From an uncultured Muribaculaceae bacterium (lineage in GTDB: Bacteria; Bacteroidota; Bacteroidia; Bacteroidales; Muribaculaceae), in the NCBI GenBank assembly GCA_948788915.1, contig CAQFOZ010000002.1, positions 11,407-75,406 on the forward strand: a DNA stretch of 64,000 nt. The letters run 5' to 3'. The stretch's first letter is position 1; every line of letters begins with the position of its first letter. Shown here one piece after another: positions 19,813-30,358 of this stretch. Under the pieces are notes generated by a model. The model was not told the DNA's origin, did no database searches, and saw only the letters and a list, made by a program, of their open reading frames with translations. A program made the translations under genes and the position numbers.

Positions 19813-22800
19813 TTATCTGAATATGTATTCTGACTCAGGTGTATTATCTGACTGGGCTGCCTTACGCACAAACATCTTCAGGTATTTGCGAGCAATACGG
19901 ACAATGTTTATTTTGTGATTCTCCATTATCGAGCGGGTTATCTCCGCCCCCTGATCCACTTTATACTCCTCTCCTCCAAACCGTATCTGCGGAGCCGAAA
20001 ATTTGCCTTTAATATTGACCCCAAACGGAATCGGGACTGGAGACTTCATCACACCAATATGATAATATAGATCCCCGTTAAAATTATTGACACCCTGCAT
20101 CTGCAGATTATATCGGTCAAATTCAAAATTAAATGGATACAGCATCAACAGATTATCTCTGACCTGTGCGTGAACATTCATATCCCGTATATGAATGTCT
20201 CCGGAGTTGTGAATCATAAGCATGCGGGTAACTCTGCGTATAAAATGATCCTGATGAACAGTCAGGCCTCTCCCCTGCACAAACATATCGGCACTTACAG
20301 ACGGCACATCAATATACATATTGGGGGAATAGCTCATCCGGGCATCGATATCAGCCGAAACTTCTCCTGATAGATTCTTCATTTGCGGCATCATCAGCAG
20401 AAGCGTATGGAAATTCTTAAAAAAATTCACAACATTTATATCATGAATACCTCCTTTTATGTCAACACCCATCTTCTCAACATTTCCCGTATTTATTCCA
20501 AGAGCTAATCCCAAGTCACCAAAATCTGACGATATTCTTAAATCCTTCACATCTGCATTCCCGTCACGTACTGAAATATCAGTAGACAAATCCTCAAGTT
20601 GCAGATTCATATAACGCGTCATTCGGGCATTGGCATGCACATCAGCCACCAGATTACGCGGAATCAGCATTGCAGTCGTATCAAATGCTGACTGCGATTC
20701 ATCAGAGGCTTTTACTGTCGGTGTGACTCCTGATTCGTTAACACCTTTGGTAAGCAGTACACCCTTTTCATAAGCCGCTGCAAGTTGATTAATCTGGACA
20801 GTGTCAAGTGCAGCATTGAGGCTAAGATATATCGGAGAGACATCCTTGTCACATAAGAAACTTCGCATATTGCCTATTTTTGCAGAAAGATCCAGCCCTG
20901 TTGACTGCGAACGCAAATGTAGCCTATGAAGCAATACCGAATCAAGAGAAGCTTCCACATATAGATTATCAAAACTGTTGATTACCGGGAATGAGGGTGT
21001 TCTCAACATACCCCCTGCAATCTTTACGGATGCTTGTCCGTCCCATTGCAACAGTTTTTTCTTAACTGAGTCCGAAAGATTTGCTGTAAGATATTTGGAA
21101 GAATGCGGGAACTTCCCCAAAGCCGGATCGTCCGCACACCAAAGTACCGGGATAGCTGAAGCAGGCAGTTTATAAGCCTCAGGAAGCCGTCTTAGGGACA
21201 TTTTCGTATATACCCCGGCAAGATCCAGAGAAGAGCCTTCAAGTTTCCCCATAACCGATTCCCCTTTTAAGTTTAAATCAGCGTTAAGCAAACTCGATTT
21301 TGACGGGATAACCTTAATCTTGGCTTTAGCCGCTACGCCATTGGCAACAACGTTCATTGCATTGCCGCTATTCTTATAATGCATCCCTTTTGCTGTAAGG
21401 TCAATATTTATCGGAATATTAATTAGAGAACCCACATTTGTAATGCCTCCCACTCTACTCTTTACCAGGAGTCGTCTCACATCCGCTTTGATTTTTTTAT
21501 TCTCTATATCTATTTTGTCTGCACTCAGACCGACCTCAAGATCAGTTCCACTAAAGGAACCGGTAGAAACAGAACCGACTTTACCCTTAAAATCAACTTC
21601 AAGGGTCTTTCCGGAAGCTATAATATCTTTAGATGGACAACACATCCCGTAATCAGTCAACGATAGGTCCCCTTTTATATCCAAACTTCCAATATTCCCC
21701 TTTCTCACTTCAGATAAATCAAGACTTCCTGAAATATCAGTACCAAGATTCCCCCTTAATCCATATGTTGACAACCCCTTTATTGTCTTGCCGATTTCAG
21801 TGGCATTCACTTTCCCCTTTAACTGAAATTCCACCACGGGAGCAAAAACAATATCCTTGATACGTGCTGAAACCGACACGTCAATTCCTTTACCCGCCAA
21901 ACTAAAGTCTGGGATATAAAAGTATGATTCCCTGACATCCTTACCATTAAAAAACATTTTACCTTTTACTCCGATATGGCGTACCGGACAGGAGCCTTCC
22001 CCCGTAAATTGGCTGACAATATCGCTGTCATTCAATTTTATATCAGCCTCAACTGATGGAAATCCACGGTCCGATAACTTAAATGGGGTTGCAAGAGAAG
22101 CTGATGCATCAAGTATAACGTCCGTATCAATTGACTTCATAGCAGTTCCATACCCGTTTGGCATATATTCAAGGAACTTTATAACATCGAAACCCGTTAT
22201 CTTGAAACCCAAATCGTTTATCACGGGATCTTCTCCGACACTTATATCCATTTTTAACTTTCCCTTTGCGTTGCCGAAAGCTACCGAATAATCAGAAGTA
22301 GTAATCGAAAACGGATTGAACCCAAGGCCGACATTACCATTAAGAGCAAACGGAAAATCGCGTAGCAATGCAATCCCCTTGGTCCGGGCATTAAGAAGAC
22401 CACTTAAAGAAAAGTTGTAGATATCACTGTCATTAATCCTCTTCAAAGACATTTCGTTCAGGGCTATGTCTATTCCAGCTTTCTTTACATTACTGAAAAA
22501 CCTGATACGTTTAGGATTACGCAATGTCACATTATCTGCTGTAAAATAAGGAAGTTCCCCCTTTGAGACAGAAGATTTGAATATATCGTAGTTTGTAATT
22601 AAATCAGAAGCTGATACCAGATTAACATCTATTGAGTCTATCTCAACGTCCTTGAAATATAATTTACCTGTCAACAGACGCATGATATTGATTCCTCCTT
22701 TTATTTTGGACGTAGATGTAAGAAAACGGGCATCCGGGGGAAGTTGCGCCATTATATCCGGACTCAGTTTATCAAGACTACGGCTCACAACCCTTATTGA

Positions 22801-23076
22801 ATCAATCTCTATACAAAAGCGTGGAAAAGTGGACCACAGAGAATACCTCGCATTACACACTCTCACATCAGCTGACAAATTCTTGTTTGCCTCCCGGTTT
22901 ATAAGTCCGGTAAAGCGTTCGGGAGTCAGCCACCAGGTCACCAGCCCGGCAAGCAGTATGATAAAAACAATAATTATGCCTATAGAGAACAGAATCCACC
23001 GCACGACTCGCCGTAGCGTGCCGCGCGATGGCTTTCCATCCTTTCGCTCATGGATATTTTCCATTAAGTCAGACAT
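19813..23076 (-). CDS. AsmA-like bridge protein
   Basis: N-terminal TM, long beta-rich body, Bacteroidetes AsmA-type C-terminus (YHIGVMKSPVPIPFGVNIKG). Confidence 0.75.
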   Translation of the reverse strand: MSDLMENIHERKDGKPSRGTLRRVVRWILFSIGIIIVFIILLAGLVTWWLTPERFTGLINREANKNLSADVRVCNARYSLWSTFPRFCIEIDSIRVVSRSLDKLSPDIMAQLPPDARFLTSTSKIKGGINIMRLLTGKLYFKDVEIDSIDVNLVSASDLITNYDIFKSSVSKGELPYFTADNVTLRNPKRIRFFSNVKKAGIDIALNEMSLKRINDSDIYNFSLSGLLNARTKGIALLRDFPFALNGNVGLGFNPFSITTSDYSVAFGNAKGKLKMDISVGEDPVINDLGFKITGFDVIKFLEYMPNGYGTAMKSIDTDVILDASASLATPFKLSDRGFPSVEADIKLNDSDIVSQFTGEGSCPVRHIGVKGKMFFNGKDVRESYFYIPDFSLAGKGIDVSVSARIKDIVFAPVVEFQLKGKVNATEIGKTIKGLSTYGLRGNLGTDISGSLDLSEVRKGNIGSLDIKGDLSLTDYGMCCPSKDIIASGKTLEVDFKGKVGSVSTGSFSGTDLEVGLSADKIDIENKKIKADVRRLLVKSRVGGITNVGSLINIPINIDLTAKGMHYKNSGNAMNVVANGVAAKAKIKVIPSKSSLLNADLNLKGESVMGKLEGSSLDLAGVYTKMSLRRLPEAYKLPASAIPVLWCADDPALGKFPHSSKYLTANLSDSVKKKLLQWDGQASVKIAGGMLRTPSFPVINSFDNLYVEASLDSVLLHRLHLRSQSTGLDLSAKIGNMRSFLCDKDVSPIYLSLNAALDTVQINQLAAAYEKGVLLTKGVNESGVTPTVKASDESQSAFDTTAMLIPRNLVADVHANARMTRYMNLQLEDLSTDISVRDGNADVKDLRISSDFGDLGLALGINTGNVEKMGVDIKGGIHDINVVNFFKNFHTLLLMMPQMKNLSGEVSADIDARMSYSPNMYIDVPSVSADMFVQGRGLTVHQDHFIRRVTRMLMIHNSGDIHIRDMNVHAQVRDNLLMLYPFNFEFDRYNLQMQGVNNFNGDLYYHIGVMKSPVPIPFGVNIKGKFSAPQIRFGGEEYKVDQGAEITRSIMENHKINIVRIARKYLKMFVRKAAQSDNTPESEYIFR

Positions 23077-23077
23077 A

Positions 23078-23116
23078 ACAATAGCGGATTTGAAATTCTA
23101 ACAAATCCGCTATTGT
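23078..23116 (-). terminator. Strong hairpin after topA, abutting the asmA-like start codon
   Basis: ACAATAGCGGATTTG/CAAATCCGCTATTGT, 15 bp perfect stem. Confidence 0.6.
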
Positions 23117-23173
23117 GTATGTTCATATAGACTTTTATGAAAATTTTAGAAACTGTTTAATTGGGTTTAAAGA

Positions 23174-25531
23174 TCATGATTTCTTGACCGAGGTCTTGCG
23201 AGGCTTCTTAACCGGAGCATCATCCTGCTTAGCCATAAGTGTCTTTACATCCTCCAGAGACAAAGAAGACGGATCTGTTGCCTTTGGAATCTTGTAGTTA
23301 GTTGCTTTCCGCGCACCTTCTTTTTTATAGGCCACATATGGTCCAAACCTGCCATTAAGGATTTCAAGACCTGGCATCTCCGGAAAATCCTTTATCAGCT
23401 TGTTCGCCTCTGTCTCACGCTTCGCCAATATAAGTTCTTGGGCCTCTTCAAGTGTAATAGCCTGCGGAGTCTGAGCCTTTGGAATGGACACAAACATCTT
23501 GTCATGCTGGATATATGGCCCAAACCTGCCGATAGCAGCCTTTACGGGCTTACCTTCAAACTCGCCTAACAGTCGCGGGAGTTCAAACAGTTTCAATGCT
23601 TCTTCCAAGGTTATATCCGAAATGCTCTGATTCTTCTGTAGGCTGGCAAACTGCGGTTTCTCTTCATCGGAAGCCTCTCCGATCTGGACCACAGGCCCGA
23701 ATCTTCCGATCTTTACAGATACTGGCTTGCCGGTCTTCGGATCAGTACCAAGTACTCTTTCTCCAACCTTATGTTCAAGTCTCATTGCTTCCACTTTCTC
23801 GATTGCAGGGTGGAACGACGAATAAAATCCGGACATTTCGTTTCTCCAGCCTAATTTACCCTCCGCTATCTCATCAAATTTCTCCTCTACACGGGCGGTA
23901 AAATTATAATCAAGAATCTCAGGGAAATATTCTGTAAGGAAATCATTAACCACCATACCTATATCGGTAGGCAACAATTTCCCCTTGTCGCTTCCACTGT
24001 TTTCTGTAATCAGTTCCCGGTCTATCTTTCCATTACTCAAAGATACACGCACATATTCTCGAGGAGTGCCATCCTTATCTCCGTGACGGATATATTCACG
24101 ACTCTGTATTGTGGAAATTGTAGGCGCATAAGTAGACGGGCGCCCAATTCCCAGATCCTCCATTTTCTTCACAAGAGATGCCTCCGTATACCTGGCAGGG
24201 GGCATTGTAAATCTCTCCGTAGCATGAATTGACTGTGGTTCCAAAATCTCTCCCTCTCTTAATTTGGGAAGGAGTCCCGAATTCCCTGCAACCTCATTGC
24301 CTGAATCTGTCAACAGTTCATTGCCGGCTGAATATACTTTCATAAATCCGGGGAACTTTACAACCTCTCCCTCTGCTTTAAAAACATGCTGTTCTCCGCT
24401 TACCTCTATCTCAACATTTGTCTTTTCCAAAACTGCATCTGCCATTTGGGAAGCGACGGCACGTTTCCAGATCAACTGATAAAGCTTCTGCTCCTGTGAT
24501 GTACCGGAGATACTTGTATTTGAGACATATGTAGGACGTATCGCCTCGTGTGCTTCCTGAGCACCCTTGGAATTGGTATGATAATGACGCACCTTAACAA
24601 AATCTGCTCCATACGCGGATTCAATTGAAGCGGCAATATCCTTTATTGCCAGTGCCGAAAGGTTTGTGGAGTCCGTACGCATGTACGTAATCTGTCCGTC
24701 TTCATAAAGTTTCTGAGCGATACGCATTGTCTGGTTTACTGAAAAACCAAGCTTGCGCCCGGCTTCCTGCTGGAGGGTAGACGTTGTGAACGGTGGTGCC
24801 GGTGAACGCTTTACAGGCTTAACCGTAAGGTTTTTAACCCGAAATGTTGCTTTCGAACATCTCCTTAAAAACTCCTCGGCTTCTTTTTCATCGGAGAGTT
24901 TATTCTTCAATTCAGCCTTAAAGCCTACAGCAGAGTCTCCTTTAAAAACTCCACTTACTTTGTAGAACGCTTCAGGTTTAAAAGCCTCAACCTCCTTCTC
25001 TCGTTCGCATATAAGTCGTAACGCAACAGACTGAACCCGGCCGGCCGAAAGAGCCGGCTTTATTTTTCTCCATAACACCGGACTCAATTCAAATCCGACA
25101 ATTCTGTCAAGCACACGCCGTGCCTGCTGGGCATTGACCATATCTATATCTATGCCCCGCGGATTCTCAATTGCATGAAGAATAGCCGGTTTGGTTATCT
25201 CATGAAAAACTATTCGCTTTGCTTTGGCAGGATCTATTCCCAAAACTTCGGCAAGATGCCATGCGATAGCCTCTCCCTCTCGATCCTCATCGGATGCGAG
25301 CCATACGGTATCTGCCTCTTTGGCTGCTGTCTTAAGCTGCTTTACAAGCGGTTTCTTTTCTGAAGGTATCTCATATTGTGGGGAGAAATCAGTATCTACC
25401 TCTACACTCATACCATGCTTTTTGAGGTCACGGATATGACCGTAGCTTGACATAACCTTGAAATCTTTTCCAAGGAATTTTTCTATTGTCTTCGCTTTGG
25501 CAGGAGACTCAACTATTACGAGGTTTTTCAT
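23174..25531 (-). CDS. topA: DNA topoisomerase I
   Basis: IVESPAK, DEDREGE, SAGRVQS, ITYMRTD, C-terminal Topo-C repeats; ATG at 25531. Confidence 0.98.
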   Translation of the reverse strand: MKNLVIVESPAKAKTIEKFLGKDFKVMSSYGHIRDLKKHGMSVEVDTDFSPQYEIPSEKKPLVKQLKTAAKEADTVWLASDEDREGEAIAWHLAEVLGIDPAKAKRIVFHEITKPAILHAIENPRGIDIDMVNAQQARRVLDRIVGFELSPVLWRKIKPALSAGRVQSVALRLICEREKEVEAFKPEAFYKVSGVFKGDSAVGFKAELKNKLSDEKEAEEFLRRCSKATFRVKNLTVKPVKRSPAPPFTTSTLQQEAGRKLGFSVNQTMRIAQKLYEDGQITYMRTDSTNLSALAIKDIAASIESAYGADFVKVRHYHTNSKGAQEAHEAIRPTYVSNTSISGTSQEQKLYQLIWKRAVASQMADAVLEKTNVEIEVSGEQHVFKAEGEVVKFPGFMKVYSAGNELLTDSGNEVAGNSGLLPKLREGEILEPQSIHATERFTMPPARYTEASLVKKMEDLGIGRPSTYAPTISTIQSREYIRHGDKDGTPREYVRVSLSNGKIDRELITENSGSDKGKLLPTDIGMVVNDFLTEYFPEILDYNFTARVEEKFDEIAEGKLGWRNEMSGFYSSFHPAIEKVEAMRLEHKVGERVLGTDPKTGKPVSVKIGRFGPVVQIGEASDEEKPQFASLQKNQSISDITLEEALKLFELPRLLGEFEGKPVKAAIGRFGPYIQHDKMFVSIPKAQTPQAITLEEAQELILAKRETEANKLIKDFPEMPGLEILNGRFGPYVAYKKEGARKATNYKIPKATDPSSLSLEDVKTLMAKQDDAPVKKPRKTSVKKS

Positions 25532-25578
25532 GTCTGTCTTTTTGAGTTTTAACAATAAATTCCTACCGGATGTTCTGT

Positions 25579-26460
25579 TTATTTATGTGGATTGTCCTTT
25601 CTTGCCTTCAAAGTATTGATCATCAGAGAACATATTGTCATCGGACCTACTCCTCCCGGAACAGGAGTGATGAACGAACACTTTTGCGCTACATTCTCGA
25701 AATCCACATCACCGCGCAAACGCCATCCGCTCTTGCGGGTTGAATCGGACACACGTGTAGTACCCACGTCTACTATGGCTGCTCCATCTTTAACCATATC
25801 TTCCGTTACAAATCCCGGCTGACCTAAAGCAGCTACAATTATATCTGCTTCTCGACATATTTCCTTAATATTGGGAGTCGCGGAATGACATACTGTGACT
25901 GTGCAGTTTCCCGGATCGGATTTCTGCATGAGCAGAGAAGCCATGGGTTTGCCAACGATATTGCTGCGGCCAAGCACTACTGCATGCTTCCCTTTCGTTG
26001 GCACGCCATAACGTTTCAGAAGCTGCATGATACCTGCCGGAGTCGCCGGGAGAAAACAGGGAAGTCCAACCGACATACATCCCACATTTACAGGATGGAA
26101 GCCATCCACATCCTTTGCCGGAGACACCTCTCGGATTATCGCCTGCTCGTCTATGTGACGTGGAAGAGGCAACTGAACGATGAATCCGTCAACCTCAGGA
26201 TCATCATTAAGTTTATGAATCTCCTCGAGCAGACGCTCTTGGGTGACATCATCTTCAAAACGGATCAACGTACTTTTGAATCCACATTCGCCACAGGCCT
26301 TCACTTTGTTTGCAACATATGTCTCCGAACCTCCGTCATGTCCTACAAGTATAGCCACAAGGTGAGGTGCACGCAACCCTTGCGCTGTCATTTCAGCAAC
26401 TTCCGCCGCAATCTCCTGTTTGATCTCTGCAGCTGTCTTTTTACCATCTATCAATATCAT
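25579..26460 (-). CDS. folD: Methylenetetrahydrofolate dehydrogenase/cyclohydrolase
   Basis: [28 protein letters not shown]. Confidence 0.98.
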   Translation of the reverse strand: MILIDGKKTAAEIKQEIAAEVAEMTAQGLRAPHLVAILVGHDGGSETYVANKVKACGECGFKSTLIRFEDDVTQERLLEEIHKLNDDPEVDGFIVQLPLPRHIDEQAIIREVSPAKDVDGFHPVNVGCMSVGLPCFLPATPAGIMQLLKRYGVPTKGKHAVVLGRSNIVGKPMASLLMQKSDPGNCTVTVCHSATPNIKEICREADIIVAALGQPGFVTEDMVKDGAAIVDVGTTRVSDSTRKSGWRLRGDVDFENVAQKCSFITPVPGGVGPMTICSLMINTLKARKDNPHK

Positions 26461-26558
26461 GGTTTATACTATTTTAACCGTTAAATTTTAAATTATGCCC
26501 GAATTTAACTTTCCTTCTCCTTAGAAGAGATTATATAGAAATTTTTTCGTAACAAATA

Positions 26559-26584
26559 TAAGAAACTATTTATACAGTTTCTAA
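26559..26584. promoter_or_regulatory. 26 bp palindrome, copy 2, in the folD leader
   Basis: TAAGAAACTATTTATACAGTTTCTAA; minus-strand TAAATTTG at 26610-26617. Confidence 0.45.
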
Positions 26585-26789
26585 GTGAGTGTTTTTTGCA
26601 TTTAATCTGCAAATTTAGACAAAAAAGGATAAAAACTACAACAAAAGCTAAAAAGATTGTAATTGGACAATAATTGGACAATAATACACCGGTATAAATT
26701 TTCGCCCCCGATCCTTACAATCCGCTTTATCCCGCAGCTACCGGGTGTGCTATTATTCCCTTATAGTCTATGCCGTACCAGTCCCTGTT

Positions 26790-26845
26790 AGGAAGTTGGT
26801 TTATGAAGTTGGTTTATTAGGAAGTTGGTTTGTCCCCAAACCAAC
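26790..26845 (+). repeat. REP-like hairpin with two extra copies of its left arm
   Basis: GAAGTTGGTTT x3, then GTTGGTTTG-TCCC-CAAACCAAC. Confidence 0.65.
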
Positions 26846-26867
26846 AATCCCCCGTGTTTCCCCGCAC

Positions 26868-26948
26868 TCCCATTAGTCCCCATCCTCCATCCCTAATGTC
26901 CCTAAAGTCCTTAAAGACCTTAAAGACCTTAAGCTCCCCTAATCCCCC
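26868..26948 (+). repeat. Degenerate 9-mer tandem array (CCTTAAAGA)
   Basis: Same unit family as the 17113 and 33805 arrays. Confidence 0.8.
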
Positions 26949-27063
26949 TGTTTCCTCATAGCGCCCATACAATACGCCAATTTGTTTTTTATCCCTCTCT
27001 TCGACTCCTATGTCGTAAATATTGATTACCTTTGTACGATGTCAATAGAAAATACTTGAAACG

Positions 27064-28641
27064 ATGGTATATAAATATGACTGTTTAGTTATCGGCTCCG
27101 GCATCGGTGGCATGAGTTTCGCACTCAAGGCTGCTCGCGGAGGAGCCAAAGTGGCGGTTATCTGCAAAACCGCGCCCGATGAGGCTAACACATTTTTTGC
27201 ACAAGGCGGTGTGGCCTCGGTAACAAATCTTAAAGTAGACAATTTCGAAAAACATATTCACGATACGATGGTGGCCGGCGACTGGCTCAGCGATCCGAAA
27301 GCCGTGGAAAAAGTCGTGAAAAACGCTCCTTCCCAAATCAAAGAGCTTATCGGCTGGGGAGTTGACTTCGACAAAAAGGATGACGGAGAGTTTGATCTCC
27401 ACCGGGAGGGGGGACACTCAGAATTCCGCATACTACATCATGCGGACAACACTGGCGCTGAAATACAGACAAGTCTGGTCGAGACCGTCAAAAAGACCCA
27501 AGGAATAGATCTGTTTGAAGACAGATTCGCTGTTGAAATAATAACACAACACCATTTAGGCAAGATCGTGACACGACGCACTCCTGATATTACATGCTAC
27601 GGAGCATATGTGCTCAACGAAGCCACTGAGCAGGTTGACACTTTTCTTGCAAAAGTAACTGTAATGGCAACCGGAGGTGTCGGTGCTGTCTACACAACAA
27701 CAACAAACCCGCTGATCTCTACCGGAGACGGGATTGCAATGGTTTATCGTGCAAAAGGCACTGTGGCGGATATGGAATTCATTCAGTTCCACCCAACCGC
27801 TTTATATCATCCGGGTGACAGACCATCGTTCCTTATCACAGAAGCCATGCGTGGATATGGCGCAGTACTGAAAAATCTCGATGGCTCGGAATTCATGCAG
27901 AAATATGATGAACGACTGTCGCTGGCTCCTCGTGACATTGTGGCCAGAGCCATTGACTCCGAAATGAAACTTAACGGCACTGACCATGTATATCTTGATG
28001 TGACACATAAAGATCCCGAGGAGACGAAACGCCACTTCCCGAATATATATGAAAAATGCCTCTCCCTTGGAATTGATATAACGAAAGACATGATTCCGGT
28101 CGCTCCAGCAGCCCATTACCTTTGCGGTGGAATAAAGGTGAATCTTGACGGTGAAAGTTCTATCCATCGTCTTTACGCTGTAGGTGAATGCTCTTGTACC
28201 GGTCTTCACGGTGGAAACAGACTGGCGAGCAACTCTCTGATAGAAGCTGTTGTATACGCTGATGCAGCTGCCCGTCATGTGCTTGAGCACATCGATGAAT
28301 ACGACTGGAGAGACGATGTCCCTCAATGGAACGATGAGGGAACAGTACATCCCGAAGAAATGGTGCTTATAACACAATCCGAAAAAGAAGTGAACCAGAT
28401 CATGGGATATTACGTTGGGATTGTGAGAAGCGACTTGAGATTAAAAAGAGCTTGGAACCGTCTTGACATATTGTACCAGGAAACTGAGAATCTGTTTAAG
28501 ACAAGCAAGCCTTCTCGCAAGCTCTGCGAGTTGCGCAATATCATTAATGTGGCATATCTAATCATGCGTCAGGCGATGGAGCGTAAAGAAAGCCGTGGTT
28601 TGCATTTCACTGTCGACTACCCTCATCCTGATAAAGTATAA
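27064..28641 (+). CDS. nadB: L-aspartate oxidase
   Basis: GSGIGG, AQGG, REGGHS, QFHPT, HYLCGG, GLHGGNRLASNSL, ESRGLH. Confidence 0.97.
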   Translation: MVYKYDCLVIGSGIGGMSFALKAARGGAKVAVICKTAPDEANTFFAQGGVASVTNLKVDNFEKHIHDTMVAGDWLSDPKAVEKVVKNAPSQIKELIGWGVDFDKKDDGEFDLHREGGHSEFRILHHADNTGAEIQTSLVETVKKTQGIDLFEDRFAVEIITQHHLGKIVTRRTPDITCYGAYVLNEATEQVDTFLAKVTVMATGGVGAVYTTTTNPLISTGDGIAMVYRAKGTVADMEFIQFHPTALYHPGDRPSFLITEAMRGYGAVLKNLDGSEFMQKYDERLSLAPRDIVARAIDSEMKLNGTDHVYLDVTHKDPEETKRHFPNIYEKCLSLGIDITKDMIPVAPAAHYLCGGIKVNLDGESSIHRLYAVGECSCTGLHGGNRLASNSLIEAVVYADAAARHVLEHIDEYDWRDDVPQWNDEGTVHPEEMVLITQSEKEVNQIMGYYVGIVRSDLRLKRAWNRLDILYQETENLFKTSKPSRKLCELRNIINVAYLIMRQAMERKESRGLHFTVDYPHPDKV

Positions 28642-28663
28642 TTAAGACTTGTCTAACAAAAGA

Positions 28664-30349
28664 ATGAACAGACACAGATCACCTCTATATTTATTGCCGA
28701 TATTGGCAATATCGTTATTGTTCACTGCTGTAAGTGCCCAGAAGAGCAACGACGCAGCTTTGAACCGCAATATGAATATTTTCAATTCTATTGTAAAGCA
28801 AGTTGAACTCTTTTACGTCGATTCCATAAATACGGAAGAGAGCTTCAAGGCTGCCATAGAGGCATTCCTTGCGTCTACTGATCCATATACCGAGTATTAC
28901 AGCGCAGACGATCAGGAACAATTACAGAAAATGACCACTGGTGAATACGGAGGTATCGGTTCGTACATTCTTGAAAGAAACGGTGCTTCTTATATCTCCC
29001 AGCCAATGGAGGGCAGCCCCTCGGCATTGGCCGGTTTGAAACCGGGAGATCACATTATTAAAGTGGACACCGTGGATGTATCATCAAAAAAAAGCTCTGA
29101 GGTTACAAAACTTTTAAAGGGCATCCCCGGCACAAAAGTAACTGTAACCGTGAAACGTCCGTATGTACAGGACTCAATAGTAACAGTTAAGATAACACGT
29201 GGCAAAGTTCTGGAGCCAAGTCTTGCCTTCGACACTCTCATGCCAAACGGGATAGGTTATCTGCGCTTGTCAAGTTTTATCGACAAGACTCCGGCTGAGA
29301 CTAAACGGGTATTTGAGAAATTCAAATCATCCGGAAATCTGAAGGGAGTTATCCTTGATTTAAGAGGCAACGGGGGTGGTCTTGTCGAAAGCGCGATCGA
29401 TCTTGTCGGTAATTTTGTACCGAAAGGAACACAGATCGTTCGCACGGTAGGCAAAGATGCGGCACAAGAACGGACATACAAGACAACCCGCACTCCCCTT
29501 TTGGGAGATGTGCCTCTTGCCGTATTGATGGATGGAGGTAGTGCCTCGGCATCCGAAATTGTAGCCGGCTCACTGCAAGATCTTGACCGTGCGGTACTCA
29601 TAGGCTCCCGTAGTTTTGGTAAAGGACTTGTACAAAATCCCGTGCAATTGCCATACGGTGGCCTATTGAAAGTGACTATAGCAAAATATTATCTTCCTTC
29701 TGGACGTCTGATCCAGGCTATTGACTATTCTCATCGTAATCCGGACGGAACAGTTGCCCGAGTACCCGACAGCCTAACAAACGTATTCAAGACAGTTCAT
29801 GGAAGGGAAGTTAGAGACGGGGGCGGACTGCGTCCTGACTCAACAATCGAATGGCCGGCAGTAAACCGTTTGGTATATAATGCTGTAGCAGACAACTGGG
29901 TCTTTGATTTTGCCAATAAATTCGCATCAGAAAATCCTTCGATTTCCTCTCCGGACGACTTTGAGGTGACGGACACTATCTACAATGCCTTCAAAGCATC
30001 TATTGACCCTAAAAAGTTTAAATACGACAAAGCTTGCGAAGACATGGTAAAGCAACTTCGCAAAGCTGTGGAAAGCGAAGGATACATGAACGAACAGACC
30101 AAGGCTGAGATAGACAAACTCGCAGAATTGCTTGTACACAACTTGGATCATGATTTGGACACACATCGAAAGCAACTTTCAGAATACATCGGTTCCGAAA
30201 TAGTAGGTAGATACTACTATGAGAAAGGGAAAACGGCATATAGCCTTAAATCGGATCCGGCAGTAAAGGTAGCGTCATCAATCCTGCTTGACAAAGGCAA
30301 ACTGAATAGCATTCTAAGCGCCTCTAAACAAAACAACACATCCAAATAA
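28664..30349 (+). CDS. S41 C-terminal processing protease with PDZ domain
   Basis: Signal peptide, DPYT, DLRGNGGG, SASASEI, SFGKGLVQ. Confidence 0.95.
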   Translation: MNRHRSPLYLLPILAISLLFTAVSAQKSNDAALNRNMNIFNSIVKQVELFYVDSINTEESFKAAIEAFLASTDPYTEYYSADDQEQLQKMTTGEYGGIGSYILERNGASYISQPMEGSPSALAGLKPGDHIIKVDTVDVSSKKSSEVTKLLKGIPGTKVTVTVKRPYVQDSIVTVKITRGKVLEPSLAFDTLMPNGIGYLRLSSFIDKTPAETKRVFEKFKSSGNLKGVILDLRGNGGGLVESAIDLVGNFVPKGTQIVRTVGKDAAQERTYKTTRTPLLGDVPLAVLMDGGSASASEIVAGSLQDLDRAVLIGSRSFGKGLVQNPVQLPYGGLLKVTIAKYYLPSGRLIQAIDYSHRNPDGTVARVPDSLTNVFKTVHGREVRDGGGLRPDSTIEWPAVNRLVYNAVADNWVFDFANKFASENPSISSPDDFEVTDTIYNAFKASIDPKKFKYDKACEDMVKQLRKAVESEGYMNEQTKAEIDKLAELLVHNLDHDLDTHRKQLSEYIGSEIVGRYYYEKGKTAYSLKSDPAVKVASSILLDKGKLNSILSASKQNNTSK

Positions 30350-30358
30350 TAATCGGTG

